Assembly (NCBI GenBank): GCA_963797095.1
Contig: CAWCNY010000005.1
Coordinates: forward strand, 160,001-224,000
Source: an uncultured Chloroflexia bacterium
Lineage (GTDB): Bacteria; Chloroflexota; Chloroflexia; QHBQ01; JADMIH01
DNA: 64,000 bases
Direction of reading: 5' to 3'
The translations under genes and the position numbers were made by a program. Below are positions 28,621 to 38,916 of this stretch, in pieces. Every line of letters starts with the position of its first letter. The first letter of the stretch is position 1. The notes under the pieces were generated by a model. The model was given only the letters and a program-made list of their open reading frames with translations. It was not told the DNA's origin and searched no databases.

Positions 28621-30903
28621 ATGACTGCTAACAACCGAAAACTCAAGTCAGCCTTGCTGGTGCTCATGGGAGTGCTAATCACGACGCTGGCGTTTTGGGC
28701 CCAAAAAGCCAATCCTGGGGGCATCGCGAGTGCCGCAGCGCCCGTGAGCAATGCTGCGACAAGCAACAGTGCTGCGCAGGATGCCCCCGACTCCGATTTC
28801 AGTACACCCGACCTCCTATCATACATCGGCCAGTATGATAGCTTTCCGGGCATCGCGGCCTCGCCCCTGGATGGTTCTATCACAGCCGATTGGGGTGCAG
28901 CCCCCGATGATAGTACCGGCATAATTTATGCGGCCACCAACACGGAGTTTGGTCAGGATACCTTGCCTACAACCATAGATCGAGACGCGCCCAATCTGAT
29001 CAACTGCAAGAATCAGTTTGGCCCATGCCCACTTGTTGCAGACAGCCTGGGCCGCAGGCACTTGCTGTACTGGAACTGGCCTCACGGCGGTAGTTTCTGC
29101 GCCTACTATGTGATGATCTTACCGGGTGGCACGATCGCCACCGACGAGGTAGTACCCGGCAGCTGCGATTCGGGCGTGCCACGCAAGCTCCTCGCTATCG
29201 CAGTCGATAGCAACCTGACGGTGCATATTGCGGCGAGTCGCGACAATCAATACGTCACTCGTTACTGGGAGCGCCTGAACGATGGCACCTGGAGCGTAAT
29301 CAACGAGACGATACCACAGCCATGCGGTCAAACAGGCGACCTTACTTTGGGCGTTTCTAAGAATGGTGTCGTGATGGCCGCGTTCAAAGATTGTGGGGTT
29401 TACGGGAGTGGCACGGATATCTGGACGGCTACACGTACTGCCCCAAACGATTGGCAGCTTGACGACATTTCTGCTTCGTGTTGCGAGGCCTGCCCCAACG
29501 TGTCGAACGCTTATCTGCCAAACCTGGCGGCCTCACCGGACGGCGGACTGAGGATCTCCTGGGCGGACGGCCGGTGCTCGGGGAGTGAGACTGACATATA
29601 TTACAGGGAGTGGAATCCCGGAACGGGGTGGGATGGCACGCCAATTGTGCGGGTCGCGCAAAACTCCGGTAAGTCGTATCACAATGCGATCGCGGTGGAC
29701 GACTCCGGTGAGGCCCATATCGTATGGGCTGACGACACAAGCAGCCCCGTCGGTTACTACCGCGTGTTCTACGCCCACGGGCGAGGCAGCGTATTCACAC
29801 ACGTGGAGCTGCCCTTCGACCATTGGGCCGGGACCGCCTGGCAGCGCGACGTGGCAATCGACTCTGCTTTCGGATATATCCATGTGGCGTTCAGCACGAT
29901 CCGCACCGACCCGAAAAAAGACAATTACTACTCCTATAGTATGGTGGCCCCGCCACCGACGCCCACACCAACGAATACTCCTACACCGCCGTGCCTCGGC
30001 CAGTCGGGATTGGACTTCCAGGATGTGTGTGTTGGCAGTACGTTCTACACTTATGTACATGACATCTACACCGCAGGCATCATGACAGGGTACAACTGCG
30101 GAGGACCCGGCGAACCATGCGCACCTCCGGGTAACAAGCCGTACTTCCGGCCCAACAACAGCACTACAAGAGGCCAGATGGCTAAGATCGTGGTGCTTGG
30201 GGCCAATCTCACCATCCTTTCACCGAATGTGGCGCACTTCGAAGATGTACCCGTTGGCAGTACGTTCTTCACCTATGTAGAAACGGCCTATGCCAACGAT
30301 GTAATCAACGGCTACGCCTGTGGTGGTGAAGGCGAGCCGTGTAATCCACCAGGCAACCGCCCATACTACAGGCCAAACAGCACTGTAACGCGTGGGCAGC
30401 TTACCAAGATGGTGAGCACAGCCTTTGGCTTCGATGAGTCCGTTGTTGGGCAGACCTTCGAAGATGCGCCTCCAGGCTCAACATTCTACACGTTCATACA
30501 AAGACTGAGCAATCGGGGCGTAGTCAATGGATATGCCTGCGGTGGTGAAGGCGAGCCATGCGGCGTCGGAAACAGGCCGTACTTCCGGCCAGGGAGCAGT
30601 GTCACGCGTGCTCAGACGGCCAAGATCGTTGACGAGTCGCGTATGCAGCCAACACCAACGCCAACACCCGCAACACCTACTACCACGCCGACGGCAGCAC
30701 CTACTCATACGCCAACCCCCATCCCCACCACTACACCCACTTCAACCGCAACTGTCACAGAAGAGGCATCGGCAACGCCTGAGGACACGGCCACTGCGAC
30801 ACCTCAGGAAACCGAAACCTCGACCCCAGAGGCTACAGCCACTGAAGAGGCTACGGCGACTGAGACAGAGACGACACTGGCACGTACCGATCCAAACTCA
30901 TAA
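28621..30903 (+). CDS. Secreted Cys-rich beta-propeller-like protein with three SLH domains and Thr/Pro/Glu tail
   Basis: Signal peptide; IAVD..G..HIVW repeats; FxDVxxGSTFY...GY.CGG.GEPC...YFRP SLH repeats; PT-rich tail. Confidence 0.88.
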   Translation: MTANNRKLKSALLVLMGVLITTLAFWAQKANPGGIASAAAPVSNAATSNSAAQDAPDSDFSTPDLLSYIGQYDSFPGIAASPLDGSITADWGAAPDDSTGIIYAATNTEFGQDTLPTTIDRDAPNLINCKNQFGPCPLVADSLGRRHLLYWNWPHGGSFCAYYVMILPGGTIATDEVVPGSCDSGVPRKLLAIAVDSNLTVHIAASRDNQYVTRYWERLNDGTWSVINETIPQPCGQTGDLTLGVSKNGVVMAAFKDCGVYGSGTDIWTATRTAPNDWQLDDISASCCEACPNVSNAYLPNLAASPDGGLRISWADGRCSGSETDIYYREWNPGTGWDGTPIVRVAQNSGKSYHNAIAVDDSGEAHIVWADDTSSPVGYYRVFYAHGRGSVFTHVELPFDHWAGTAWQRDVAIDSAFGYIHVAFSTIRTDPKKDNYYSYSMVAPPPTPTPTNTPTPPCLGQSGLDFQDVCVGSTFYTYVHDIYTAGIMTGYNCGGPGEPCAPPGNKPYFRPNNSTTRGQMAKIVVLGANLTILSPNVAHFEDVPVGSTFFTYVETAYANDVINGYACGGEGEPCNPPGNRPYYRPNSTVTRGQLTKMVSTAFGFDESVVGQTFEDAPPGSTFYTFIQRLSNRGVVNGYACGGEGEPCGVGNRPYFRPGSSVTRAQTAKIVDESRMQPTPTPTPATPTTTPTAAPTHTPTPIPTTTPTSTATVTEEASATPEDTATATPQETETSTPEATATEEATATETETTLARTDPNS

Positions 30904-30916
30904 CCATCTTATGATT

Positions 30917-30953
30917 GGGAACGGGAACTTGTACGAATCAGGTTCCCGTTCTC
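30917..30953 (+). terminator. Intergenic stem-loop
   Basis: GAACGGGAAC...GTTCCCGTTC followed by pyrimidines. Confidence 0.55.
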
Positions 30954-30989
30954 TCTATAGGTGCATAAGGATGGCAGGAGGTAACACCG

Positions 30990-32897
30990 TTGCGTAAGAA
31001 GCAAGCGCTCCTTTTACTCTTCGCGGCATTCCTCTCCACCACGCTCTTGATAACGCCCGCCACGCAGGATGCGCGGGCTAATCCTTTTTCCGGCCATAAG
31101 CCTGGGCAATCCGGCACCATTCCGGAGACAATTGACGCCTGGAGCAGCCCAATTGTTGCCTCTACGCGCAGTGGCTACCAGAACTTTGGCTCAATAGCTG
31201 CTTCGCCCGTCGATGGCTCGGCTGATATAGCTTGGGCATTTGCCGGGTCGAGTAATAACGCGGAGATTATCGTATCGGGCAATTCTTCATTAGGGGGAGC
31301 CTTCTCCGACCGCACCGTAGCAAGCGGCCAGGTAGATCTCCTTGGCGGTGCTGCTACTGCGCACGATAGCCTGGGTCGAACACATGTCCTCTACTGGAAA
31401 TGGCCACCATCCAGTGTTCTTTGTGACTACTATGCACTTCTAGATGCCAACCATAATGTGCTGGTGAACGAGGCGATTCCCGGTACGTGCGAAAATGGCG
31501 TGCCCCGCAAGTTGCTCGCGGTCGCGGTTGACAGCAACTTGACCGTCCATGTGGCCCTGGCCCGCGACCAAACTCCAGGCAGTCTCATGTACTGGGAGCG
31601 TTCCAATTCGGGCACCTGGACCGTGCAACGGGAAACTATACCTGGGACATGTTCGCCAGGCGATATCTCGATTGCCGTCACCACGGCGAACACGGTTATG
31701 GTGGTCCGAAGAGATTGTCCCTTATCAGGAACTGGAACGGACATTTATTCGTCAGTTCGTAATTCACCCGGCAATTGGACGACAGATAATATCTCGTCCT
31801 CCTGTTGCAGCTATTGCCCGAACCAATCAAACGCTTATCTGCCCGACATTTTTGCAGCGTCAGATGGCGGTATCCGTGCAGCCTGGGCTGACGGTCGATG
31901 TGGCTCGCATGATACTGACATCTACTATAGAGAGTGGGTTCCGAGTACCGGCTGGAATGGCAAGCCCATTGTCCAGGTTGTGAACAACAGCGGCGCTTCA
32001 TATTACCCATCAATAGCCGTCGATGAATCAGGTGAAGCCCACATCGTGTGGGCCGATGATTACAACAGTCCGTTCGCCTACTACCGGCTATTTTACTCAC
32101 ATGGGAAGGGGAGCATCTTCTCGGCCCCCGAAATTCCGTTCCAGGGTTGGGCAGGCAATGCGTGGCAGCGCGACCCATCACTTGACTTTGCCGACAACGC
32201 AGTGCATCTCAGTTTCGCAAGCATCTATCTGAATCCGAACAAGAACAATTTCTATTCCTACCGGCAAGTCAGCCCGCCTCCTCCTTGTCCAACCGAGCGG
32301 TTCAAAGATGTATGCCCAGGTAACTACTACTACGATCCCGTTCTTCACCTGAACGATGCCGGTGTCATCGGAGGGTACGCGGCAGCCCCACCTTGCCCAA
32401 ACAGCCAGTGGGTGCCCTGCTTCCTCCCAGGTAACAATGCCACCCGCGCGCAAGTCTCCAAGATCGTGGTGTTGGGAGCCGGGCTGCCGATCAACACGAC
32501 GGGTGGACCGCACTTCAGCGATGTGCAACCAGGCTCAACCTTCTATAACTACATCGAGACTCTGTACAACGCGGGCATTGTGAACGGGTACTCGGACGGC
32601 TCGTTCCGCCCGAACAATAACGTGACCCGAGGACAACTCAGCAAGATGGCCGTGCTGGCATTCGGTTTCAACGAGGCGGTCTCAGGCCAGACATTCCAGG
32701 ATGTCGCACCGGGATCAACGTTCTACACCTATATTCAGCGGCTTGCGGGACGCGGGATCATTAATGGATATGCCTGCGGAGGCGCAGGCGAGCCATGCGT
32801 TGCTCCCAACAACCGCCCTTACTTCCGACCCAACAACAATGTGACACGAGGCCAGATTGCCAAGATCATAGACGCGTGCCGCGCCGAACTCAAATAG
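30990..32897 (+). CDS. Secreted beta-propeller-like SLH protein, paralog of 28621-30903
   Basis: AGGAGG RBS; shared motifs GVPRKLLA.AVDSNLTVH, SNAYLP, TDIYYREW, AWQRD; three SLH repeats. Confidence 0.9.
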   Translation: MRKKQALLLLFAAFLSTTLLITPATQDARANPFSGHKPGQSGTIPETIDAWSSPIVASTRSGYQNFGSIAASPVDGSADIAWAFAGSSNNAEIIVSGNSSLGGAFSDRTVASGQVDLLGGAATAHDSLGRTHVLYWKWPPSSVLCDYYALLDANHNVLVNEAIPGTCENGVPRKLLAVAVDSNLTVHVALARDQTPGSLMYWERSNSGTWTVQRETIPGTCSPGDISIAVTTANTVMVVRRDCPLSGTGTDIYSSVRNSPGNWTTDNISSSCCSYCPNQSNAYLPDIFAASDGGIRAAWADGRCGSHDTDIYYREWVPSTGWNGKPIVQVVNNSGASYYPSIAVDESGEAHIVWADDYNSPFAYYRLFYSHGKGSIFSAPEIPFQGWAGNAWQRDPSLDFADNAVHLSFASIYLNPNKNNFYSYRQVSPPPPCPTERFKDVCPGNYYYDPVLHLNDAGVIGGYAAAPPCPNSQWVPCFLPGNNATRAQVSKIVVLGAGLPINTTGGPHFSDVQPGSTFYNYIETLYNAGIVNGYSDGSFRPNNNVTRGQLSKMAVLAFGFNEAVSGQTFQDVAPGSTFYTYIQRLAGRGIINGYACGGAGEPCVAPNNRPYFRPNNNVTRGQIAKIIDACRAELK

Positions 32898-32943
32898 CTC
32901 GTTGTTTTGCAAGATCGTGCGCTGCCTGTGATAAAATAGTCGC

Positions 32944-34356
32944 ATGCCCGCAGAAGACAAACCACTCGCCCAACATCCCAACGGGCGCACAACGCTTAGT
33001 TCCATCCCTTCGGTGGATCGAGTGCTGGCGCACAAAGCGCTTGCGCAAGCGCGTAGCTTGCTGCCCGGTGTGCTGGTAACTGGAGCAGTGCGCGAAACGT
33101 TAGCTGAGGTGCGTCGGGGGATCACCGGGGGCGATATGGCACTGCCCTCCATAGATGAACTTGCAGTAAGCTCGGCGGAACGGGCTTTTCTAGCGATCAT
33201 GCCAAGCTTGCGCGCCGTTATCAACGCCACCGGGGTGATCATCCATACGAACCTGGGACGCGCACCACTTTCGCAGAGCGCCCTGGATGCGATCCAGCAA
33301 GCAGCGAGCTACAGCAATCTCGAGTACGACCTCACCGAGGGCGAACGCGGCTCGCGCTATGTGCATGCGGTGCAGATATTGCGCCGGGTCGTGGGATGCG
33401 AAGATGCTTTGGTGGTGAATAACAACGCCGCCGCGCTGGTGCTGGTGCTGACCTGCCTCTGTGCGGGACGCGAGGCGATCTTGTCGCGGGGCCAATCGGT
33501 CGAAATTGGTGGGGGGTTTCGCATCCCGGAGGTCATGAAGACGAGCGGCGCGCGCCTCGTCGAGGTAGGTACTACCAACCGCACCTATGCACGCGACTAC
33601 TCCGAAGCCATCAGCGCGGAAACCGCCATAGTAATGCGCGTGCACGCCAGTAATTTCCGCATTGTAGGGTTCACAACTCAGCCTTCGGTGCAAGATCTGG
33701 CCGAACTCGCACACGAACATGACATCCTCCTGGTGGACGACATCGGCAGCGGTGCCCTTCTCGATACTTCTCGCTACGGATTACGGGCTGAACCGACGCC
33801 ACAGGAAAGCCTGACCGCAGGAGCAGACCTGGTGCTGTTCAGCGGAGACAAATTGCTCGGTGGGCCGCAATGCGGCGTGATAGTAGGCAGAGCTGACCTA
33901 ATCGCCAAACTGAGGAAGCACCCCCTAACGCGCGCTTTCCGTGTCGATAAACTTACGCTAGCTGCGCTGGAAGCCACTCTTTTGCACTACCTTAAGGGCG
34001 AAGCCGAACGCGAGGTACCGGTATGGCGAATGCTATCTATCCCAAGTGAGGAGTTGCGCGCGACCGCCGAGTCATGGGCAGATGCGCTGCGCGAGGCAGA
34101 TATCACGTGCGAAATCACCTCTGGCGAATCAGCTGTGGGGGGTGGCGCTCTGCCAGGCGAAACTCTCCCAACTCACTTGCTTTCAATCCCACTTACGGAG
34201 GCGCGGGCAGGGGAAATGGCGCAAGCCCTGCGGGACCGGCCAATTCCGATTATTGCTCGTGTTGAGCATGGTGCGCTGCTGCTCGATCCTCGCACGGTCC
34301 TACCCCAGAAGCATCAGATTTTGGTCGACACTCTGAAGAAGATTCTGGCAGAGTAG
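32944..34356 (+). CDS. selA: L-seryl-tRNA(Sec) selenium transferase
   Basis: VINATGVIIHTNLGRAP, NNNAAA, EIGGGFRIP, EVGTTNRT, FSGDKLLGGPQ. Confidence 0.96.
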   Translation: MPAEDKPLAQHPNGRTTLSSIPSVDRVLAHKALAQARSLLPGVLVTGAVRETLAEVRRGITGGDMALPSIDELAVSSAERAFLAIMPSLRAVINATGVIIHTNLGRAPLSQSALDAIQQAASYSNLEYDLTEGERGSRYVHAVQILRRVVGCEDALVVNNNAAALVLVLTCLCAGREAILSRGQSVEIGGGFRIPEVMKTSGARLVEVGTTNRTYARDYSEAISAETAIVMRVHASNFRIVGFTTQPSVQDLAELAHEHDILLVDDIGSGALLDTSRYGLRAEPTPQESLTAGADLVLFSGDKLLGGPQCGVIVGRADLIAKLRKHPLTRAFRVDKLTLAALEATLLHYLKGEAEREVPVWRMLSIPSEELRATAESWADALREADITCEITSGESAVGGGALPGETLPTHLLSIPLTEARAGEMAQALRDRPIPIIARVEHGALLLDPRTVLPQKHQILVDTLKKILAE

Positions 34357-35538
34357 CTACTGGCGTCCGTGGGCTGCTAGCCACAACTCGCGCTGTTTGA
34401 CCGCGGCCTGGCGGTCGGTGGTCCGGTAGCGAGCCAGGAACTCCTCACGGTAGTCATTGAACGATCCGTCGAGAATAGCAGCCCGGATCTCGCCGATGAT
34501 CCTCGTCATGAAGCGCAGATTGTGTATGCTGTTGAGGCGGTAGGCAAGCAATTCCTCGGCGCGGTAGAGATGGTGCAGATAACCGAGCGAAAAATGCGTG
34601 CATGTGTGACAATCGCAATCAGGTTCAATCGGTGTGTCGAGGGCCGCGAAGCGCGAGCTTTTGATCGGCAGGCGTCCGTCCCTCGTGAGAAGCGCTCCGT
34701 TGCGTGCAACCCGCGTAGGAAGCACGCAATCAAACATATCGATCCCCCTCGCCACGCATTCGACCAGGTCTTCCGGAGACCCCACGCCCATTAGATAGCG
34801 CGGCTTGTCGGTGGGCAGCAATGGCGTGGTGGCTTCGAGGATGCGGTGCATATCTTCCTTTGGTTCGCCTACGCTGAGGCCGCCGATGGCATAGCCGGGA
34901 AAGTCGAGCGCGGAGAGAGTGCGGGCGCTCTCCTGGCGCAGGTCTTCGTAGGTACTCCCCTGCAAAATGGCGAATAGCGCCTGGTCTCCTCGGCTGTGCG
35001 CACGCTGGCAGCGCTCCGCCCAGGCATGCGTCCTGGCGAGGGCGCGCTTGTTGTATTCGTGGGACGAAGGGTGGGGCGTGCATTCGTCCAGCACCATGAT
35101 TATGTCGGCCCCTAGTTGCTCCTCAACCTTCATCACCATTTCGGGCGTGAACCTGTGTCGTGATCCGTCGATGTGAGATTTGAAGGTCACACCATCGCCA
35201 TCGATCCTGCGATTGTGGGCCAGGCTGAAGACCTGAAACCCGCCGCTGTCGGTCAGGATTGGACCGCTCCAGCCCATGAAACGGTGCAGTCCCCCGAAAC
35301 CCTCGATCAGGTCGGCCCCGGGACGCAAGTAGAGATGGTAGGTGTTGGCCAGTATGATCTGCGCTTTCAACCCCCACAGGTCATCGGGCGATACCGATTT
35401 CACGCTGGCCTGTGTGCCGACAGGCATGAACACGGGCGTTTCGATCTCCCCGTGAGGCGTTTCGATCCGGCCCGCCCTTGCCTTCCCGAAAGGCGTGTCG
35501 ATCTCTTTCTGCAACTCAAAGTTAATCGCGCCGGTCAC
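34357..35538 (-). CDS. tgt: Queuine tRNA-ribosyltransferase
   Basis: TPVFMPVGT, NTYHL, TDSGGFQVFSL, DCVLPTR, CDCHTC Zn site; likely GTG start overlapping the queG stop. Confidence 0.97.
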   Translation of the reverse strand: MTGAINFELQKEIDTPFGKARAGRIETPHGEIETPVFMPVGTQASVKSVSPDDLWGLKAQIILANTYHLYLRPGADLIEGFGGLHRFMGWSGPILTDSGGFQVFSLAHNRRIDGDGVTFKSHIDGSRHRFTPEMVMKVEEQLGADIIMVLDECTPHPSSHEYNKRALARTHAWAERCQRAHSRGDQALFAILQGSTYEDLRQESARTLSALDFPGYAIGGLSVGEPKEDMHRILEATTPLLPTDKPRYLMGVGSPEDLVECVARGIDMFDCVLPTRVARNGALLTRDGRLPIKSSRFAALDTPIEPDCDCHTCTHFSLGYLHHLYRAEELLAYRLNSIHNLRFMTRIIGEIRAAILDGSFNDYREEFLARYRTTDRQAAVKQRELWLAAHGRQ

Positions 35539-36698
35539 TCCTGCTCCGGTCCTAGCGCCAGGCTGATTTCCTGGTGAACCCAGTCGTCCTCTTCTCGGCA
35601 ACTTCGCTCACCCAGCGCGGACATGGCGTTTTCCCCACCGATCCGGCCAAGCGCCCACGCCGCGTGCCCTCTTACCAGCGCCTCAGGATCGTTGAGAGCG
35701 CGAATGAGGGCGGGGACAGCGGCTGGGTCCCCGATATTGCCCAGCGCGACTGCCGCGTTACGCCGCAGGCCCGACCACCTCGCTCGTTTGACCGGGCTGT
35801 GCCGGAATCGCTCCTTGAATTCCGCCTGGGTCATTTCGAGTAAGGAAATCAGGTCTGGGCTGGAGCCAATTCCCATTTCCGGGGAGAACTCCGCGTGGTT
35901 GCCGGGCACAGCTTTGCGATTGACGGGGCATACCTCCTGGCAAATGTCGCACCCGAAAACCCAATCACCGATAAGCGGCCTCATTTCGCGTGGAATGGGT
36001 CCGCGCAGTTCAATGGTGAGGTAGGAGATGCACCTGTCGTTGTCCAGCACACCGGGGGCGATCAGAGCGCCGGTAGGGCAGGCAGGCATACATAGTGTGC
36101 AGGATCCACAATGCGTCCTTGCAGGCACGTCGGGTGGCAGTTCGATGTCGAGGAGTAGCTCGCCCAGGAGAACCCAGGAGCCGCGCTCGCGGTTGAGCAG
36201 GTTGGTGTTCTTACCGTACCAACCTAGCCCGGCGCGCTGCGCTACCGCCCGGTCTACGATACGCGCTGTATCTACCAGCGAGCGACACTCTACCCTGCGG
36301 CCCAAACGTTCCTCCAGCCAGCCATGGAGGGCCACCAGCTCTTCTTTGAAGATCTCATGATAGTCGTGACCCCACGCGTAGCGGGCCACCTTGCCTCGCG
36401 GCCTGCCCGGCTCCGATGGGATAAAGCTCCCATTAGAAAGGTAGCTGATCCCAAGCGAGATCAGTGTACGCACCTCAGGCATCAGGTTGCCCGGATTCGC
36501 GGCCACTTTCGCCCTGTCGGCATTGAACCATGTCAGGCCTGACAAAAGGCCTTGAGCAATACGCTCTTCCAGGACCCTTTGAGTTTCTGGAAACGGTTCG
36601 GCACGCGCAAAACCAACAAGATCGAAGCCAAGCTGGATTGCGCGCTCTACGATTTCCTTTTTCAGCGCGTGCGGAACTATGGTAAGGTCATTTTGCAA
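35535..36698 (-). CDS. queG: tRNA epoxyqueuosine(34) reductase
   Basis: ARYAWGHDYH, GLGWYGKN, CGSCTLCMPACPT, CISYLTIE, GCDICQEVCP, HEAT-like tail. Confidence 0.96.
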   Translation of the reverse strand: MQNDLTIVPHALKKEIVERAIQLGFDLVGFARAEPFPETQRVLEERIAQGLLSGLTWFNADRAKVAANPGNLMPEVRTLISLGISYLSNGSFIPSEPGRPRGKVARYAWGHDYHEIFKEELVALHGWLEERLGRRVECRSLVDTARIVDRAVAQRAGLGWYGKNTNLLNRERGSWVLLGELLLDIELPPDVPARTHCGSCTLCMPACPTGALIAPGVLDNDRCISYLTIELRGPIPREMRPLIGDWVFGCDICQEVCPVNRKAVPGNHAEFSPEMGIGSSPDLISLLEMTQAEFKERFRHSPVKRARWSGLRRNAAVALGNIGDPAAVPALIRALNDPEALVRGHAAWALGRIGGENAMSALGERSCREEDDWVHQEISLALGPEQE

Positions 36699-36859
36699 CG
36701 GAATACCTGATAAGTCAGCGCTTGGGCTTTTGCTTGTCTCCCGTGAGGGATGCCAAAGTTCCGAGCTTTGTTCGGGAGCAAGATCGCAGCCAGATCACGT
36801 CTGATTATACCAGACGCTTTGGACGCCCTCCAAAGGTGCCCTCAACCCTAGCGTCTGGG

Positions 36860-37777
36860 TCATTTCGGGTGGATGCCGTTGCCGTTGGTGTAGACCGGGT
36901 CGGGCGCTACATCGGGGCTTTCTATGCGGGCGGCAAGGCTCAAACCTAGCTTCTGCTCGAACTCGCGAAGGAGGCTTTTGCTGCCGTTGAAAGCATCGGC
37001 TGGCATAGGCTCACCATCGAGCATGGTGCGCAGATAAGCCATCTCGGTCTCGGAGAAGGACGCGCCGCGCAATTTGTACTCCTCGAACGCCTCCCAGGCG
37101 ATGGGGGCTACCGCCTTGACACAGGTGGCCACCTGAGTGGCATAGTCGCGGATCTCCTTCTGAGCGTGCGCGTCGAGCCTCAGGCGAAGGAAGTGAAGCA
37201 GGTTGTGCAGGTTCATCTGCCAGTAGAACTCACTATAGAGGGAAAGTGGCAGAACAATGCGCGCAAGCTCGCGGGCCACATTATCCTCCAAAAACCGCTC
37301 GTAGTGGGCGTAGGCGGTCTCGCGGTGGCTCTTTAGATAGTCGAGGAAGCGTTGAACCACTTCCTGGGGTACCTCGTCATTCGAGCGCCCCTGTTTGTTG
37401 TCCTTACTCTGGAACCCGACGTCCTGCCATGCAGGCTCGTGGAACTCCTCTTTCATGATCGAGTAGCGCGCGCTTTCCTCATTGACCGAAGCCGTGCGGT
37501 GGCGGATCCACTGGCGTATAACGAAGATGGGGGCTTTGATGTGGAACTTGAGAACCACCATCTCGAAGGGCGTGGTGTGATCGTGCCGCATCAGGTAGCG
37601 GATGAGGCCGCGATCTTCGCGCACCGATTTTGTGCCCGCGCCGTACGATACGCGCGCAGCCTGCACTATGCTCTGGTCGCTGCCCATATAATCGACCAGG
37701 CGCACGAATCCGTTGCTCGGTACCGGCAGTGCCTGATCCAGCAATTCTTCCGCGACGGATGAAATCACGTGTCCCAT
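36860..37777 (-). CDS. thyX: FAD-dependent thymidylate synthase
   Basis: AARVSY, HTTPFE, RQWIRHRTASVNEESARY, ARELARIVLP, HAQKEIR. Confidence 0.96.
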   Translation of the reverse strand: MGHVISSVAEELLDQALPVPSNGFVRLVDYMGSDQSIVQAARVSYGAGTKSVREDRGLIRYLMRHDHTTPFEMVVLKFHIKAPIFVIRQWIRHRTASVNEESARYSIMKEEFHEPAWQDVGFQSKDNKQGRSNDEVPQEVVQRFLDYLKSHRETAYAHYERFLEDNVARELARIVLPLSLYSEFYWQMNLHNLLHFLRLRLDAHAQKEIRDYATQVATCVKAVAPIAWEAFEEYKLRGASFSETEMAYLRTMLDGEPMPADAFNGSKSLLREFEQKLGLSLAARIESPDVAPDPVYTNGNGIHPK

Positions 37778-37892
37778 GTCAGCCCCCCTTTAAGTATGAC
37801 TTTTCCGTGGGAATTATATAACGTCCGAGGGATGTGCAAAACGGATGCGGACCTAACTAAAAGTCTACTGGCGTGATCGTTTCATGGAAGGG

Positions 37893-37980
37893 GCAAACAG
37901 AAACCCCAGACGATCCTGACGGATCTTCCGGGGTCCTGTTAGTCCGAGAAACGAACCCGAAAGCTCAATCCCTCTGACTG
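37893..37980 (-). ncRNA. Candidate small RNA or attenuator leader
   Basis: UUCG-capped stem with G-U pairs only on the minus strand, then a terminator-like hairpin, directly after a promoter. Confidence 0.5.
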
Positions 37981-37986
37981 ATTTCA

Positions 37987-38015
37987 AGTATAAGGCAAGC
38001 TGTGGTGCCTGTCAA
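37987..38015 (-). promoter_or_regulatory. Sigma70-type promoter
   Basis: Minus strand TTGACA-N17-TATACT. Confidence 0.7.
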
Positions 38016-38098
38016 CGGCTAATCTCAGTAGTTATCCCCAATCGTGTTGTGCTGGAAGGGCCTATCTCAATCAAGAGGGGTTGTGCGTGCTAAATTTG

Positions 38099-38908
38099 TT
38101 AGCTCCAACGCGTAAGGATCGTCTCTCGCGAGAAGAGGCGGGTGGCGATCCAGGTGGCGACCGCCGCAAGCAGCGCCAGGACAAGAGCCACTAACAAAGA
38201 GAAAACGGGGTTGAGAATAAGGAGGCCGGAGATCTGCCCGCCCAACACCAGGAAGACCGGCAAAATGACGACCGCGCTTATCTGTTGGGCAGTGCGCGGA
38301 TCGTTGGCTTTGGAGGAAGCCGCCACCGTAGCGGCCACCGTCGTCAGTGAGAGGAGAGGGCCACATAACAGGAAGAGTATGAGCCAGGAAGGGCTGATAA
38401 TCGCCGTGAAGACGGCAGATGATAGCGTGAGGAAGAACAACGCGATCACGAAAAAGACGCCGAACAGCCAGGTAAGGCCCACAGCCGGAATGAACGCGGT
38501 GAGAATCTTGGCGAGAAGAAGTTCCAGGCTGGTGATCGGGGTGGCAAGTAGTGGCTCAAGCGTGCCCCCCACCTTTTCGCCGACGATGCTGTACGAGGCG
38601 ATTATACTGGGGAGGATCACAGGCAGGAGCAGCATGATTGTGGAGATAGGTTGCCCAACGGCGGCCTGCAAAATCTCCTGAATCGGGCGACCCTGAAGGC
38701 TGGGGTAGAATTGAGTGATATTTAGCAACTGGTCGATACCGTGAAAGGAGTCGGGCGGAGCCTGGCCGAGTCCGACGATGACCGCGAGGGGCACGATCGT
38801 GAGCACTACTGGCAGAAAGATTGCGCTGAGCACCAGCCCGCGTTGCTGGCGCAATTGCGACCAATCTTTCTTCAGGATCAACATTATTTTGCGGAAATCT
38901 ATATCCAT
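38099..38908 (-). CDS. ABC-2 type transporter permease
   Basis: Multiple TM helices; SIVGEK..GTLEPLLATP...LLLAK. Confidence 0.92.
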   Translation of the reverse strand: MDIDFRKIMLILKKDWSQLRQQRGLVLSAIFLPVVLTIVPLAVIVGLGQAPPDSFHGIDQLLNITQFYPSLQGRPIQEILQAAVGQPISTIMLLLPVILPSIIASYSIVGEKVGGTLEPLLATPITSLELLLAKILTAFIPAVGLTWLFGVFFVIALFFLTLSSAVFTAIISPSWLILFLLCGPLLSLTTVAATVAASSKANDPRTAQQISAVVILPVFLVLGGQISGLLILNPVFSLLVALVLALLAAVATWIATRLFSRETILTRWS

Positions 38909-38916
38909 ACCGCCAC

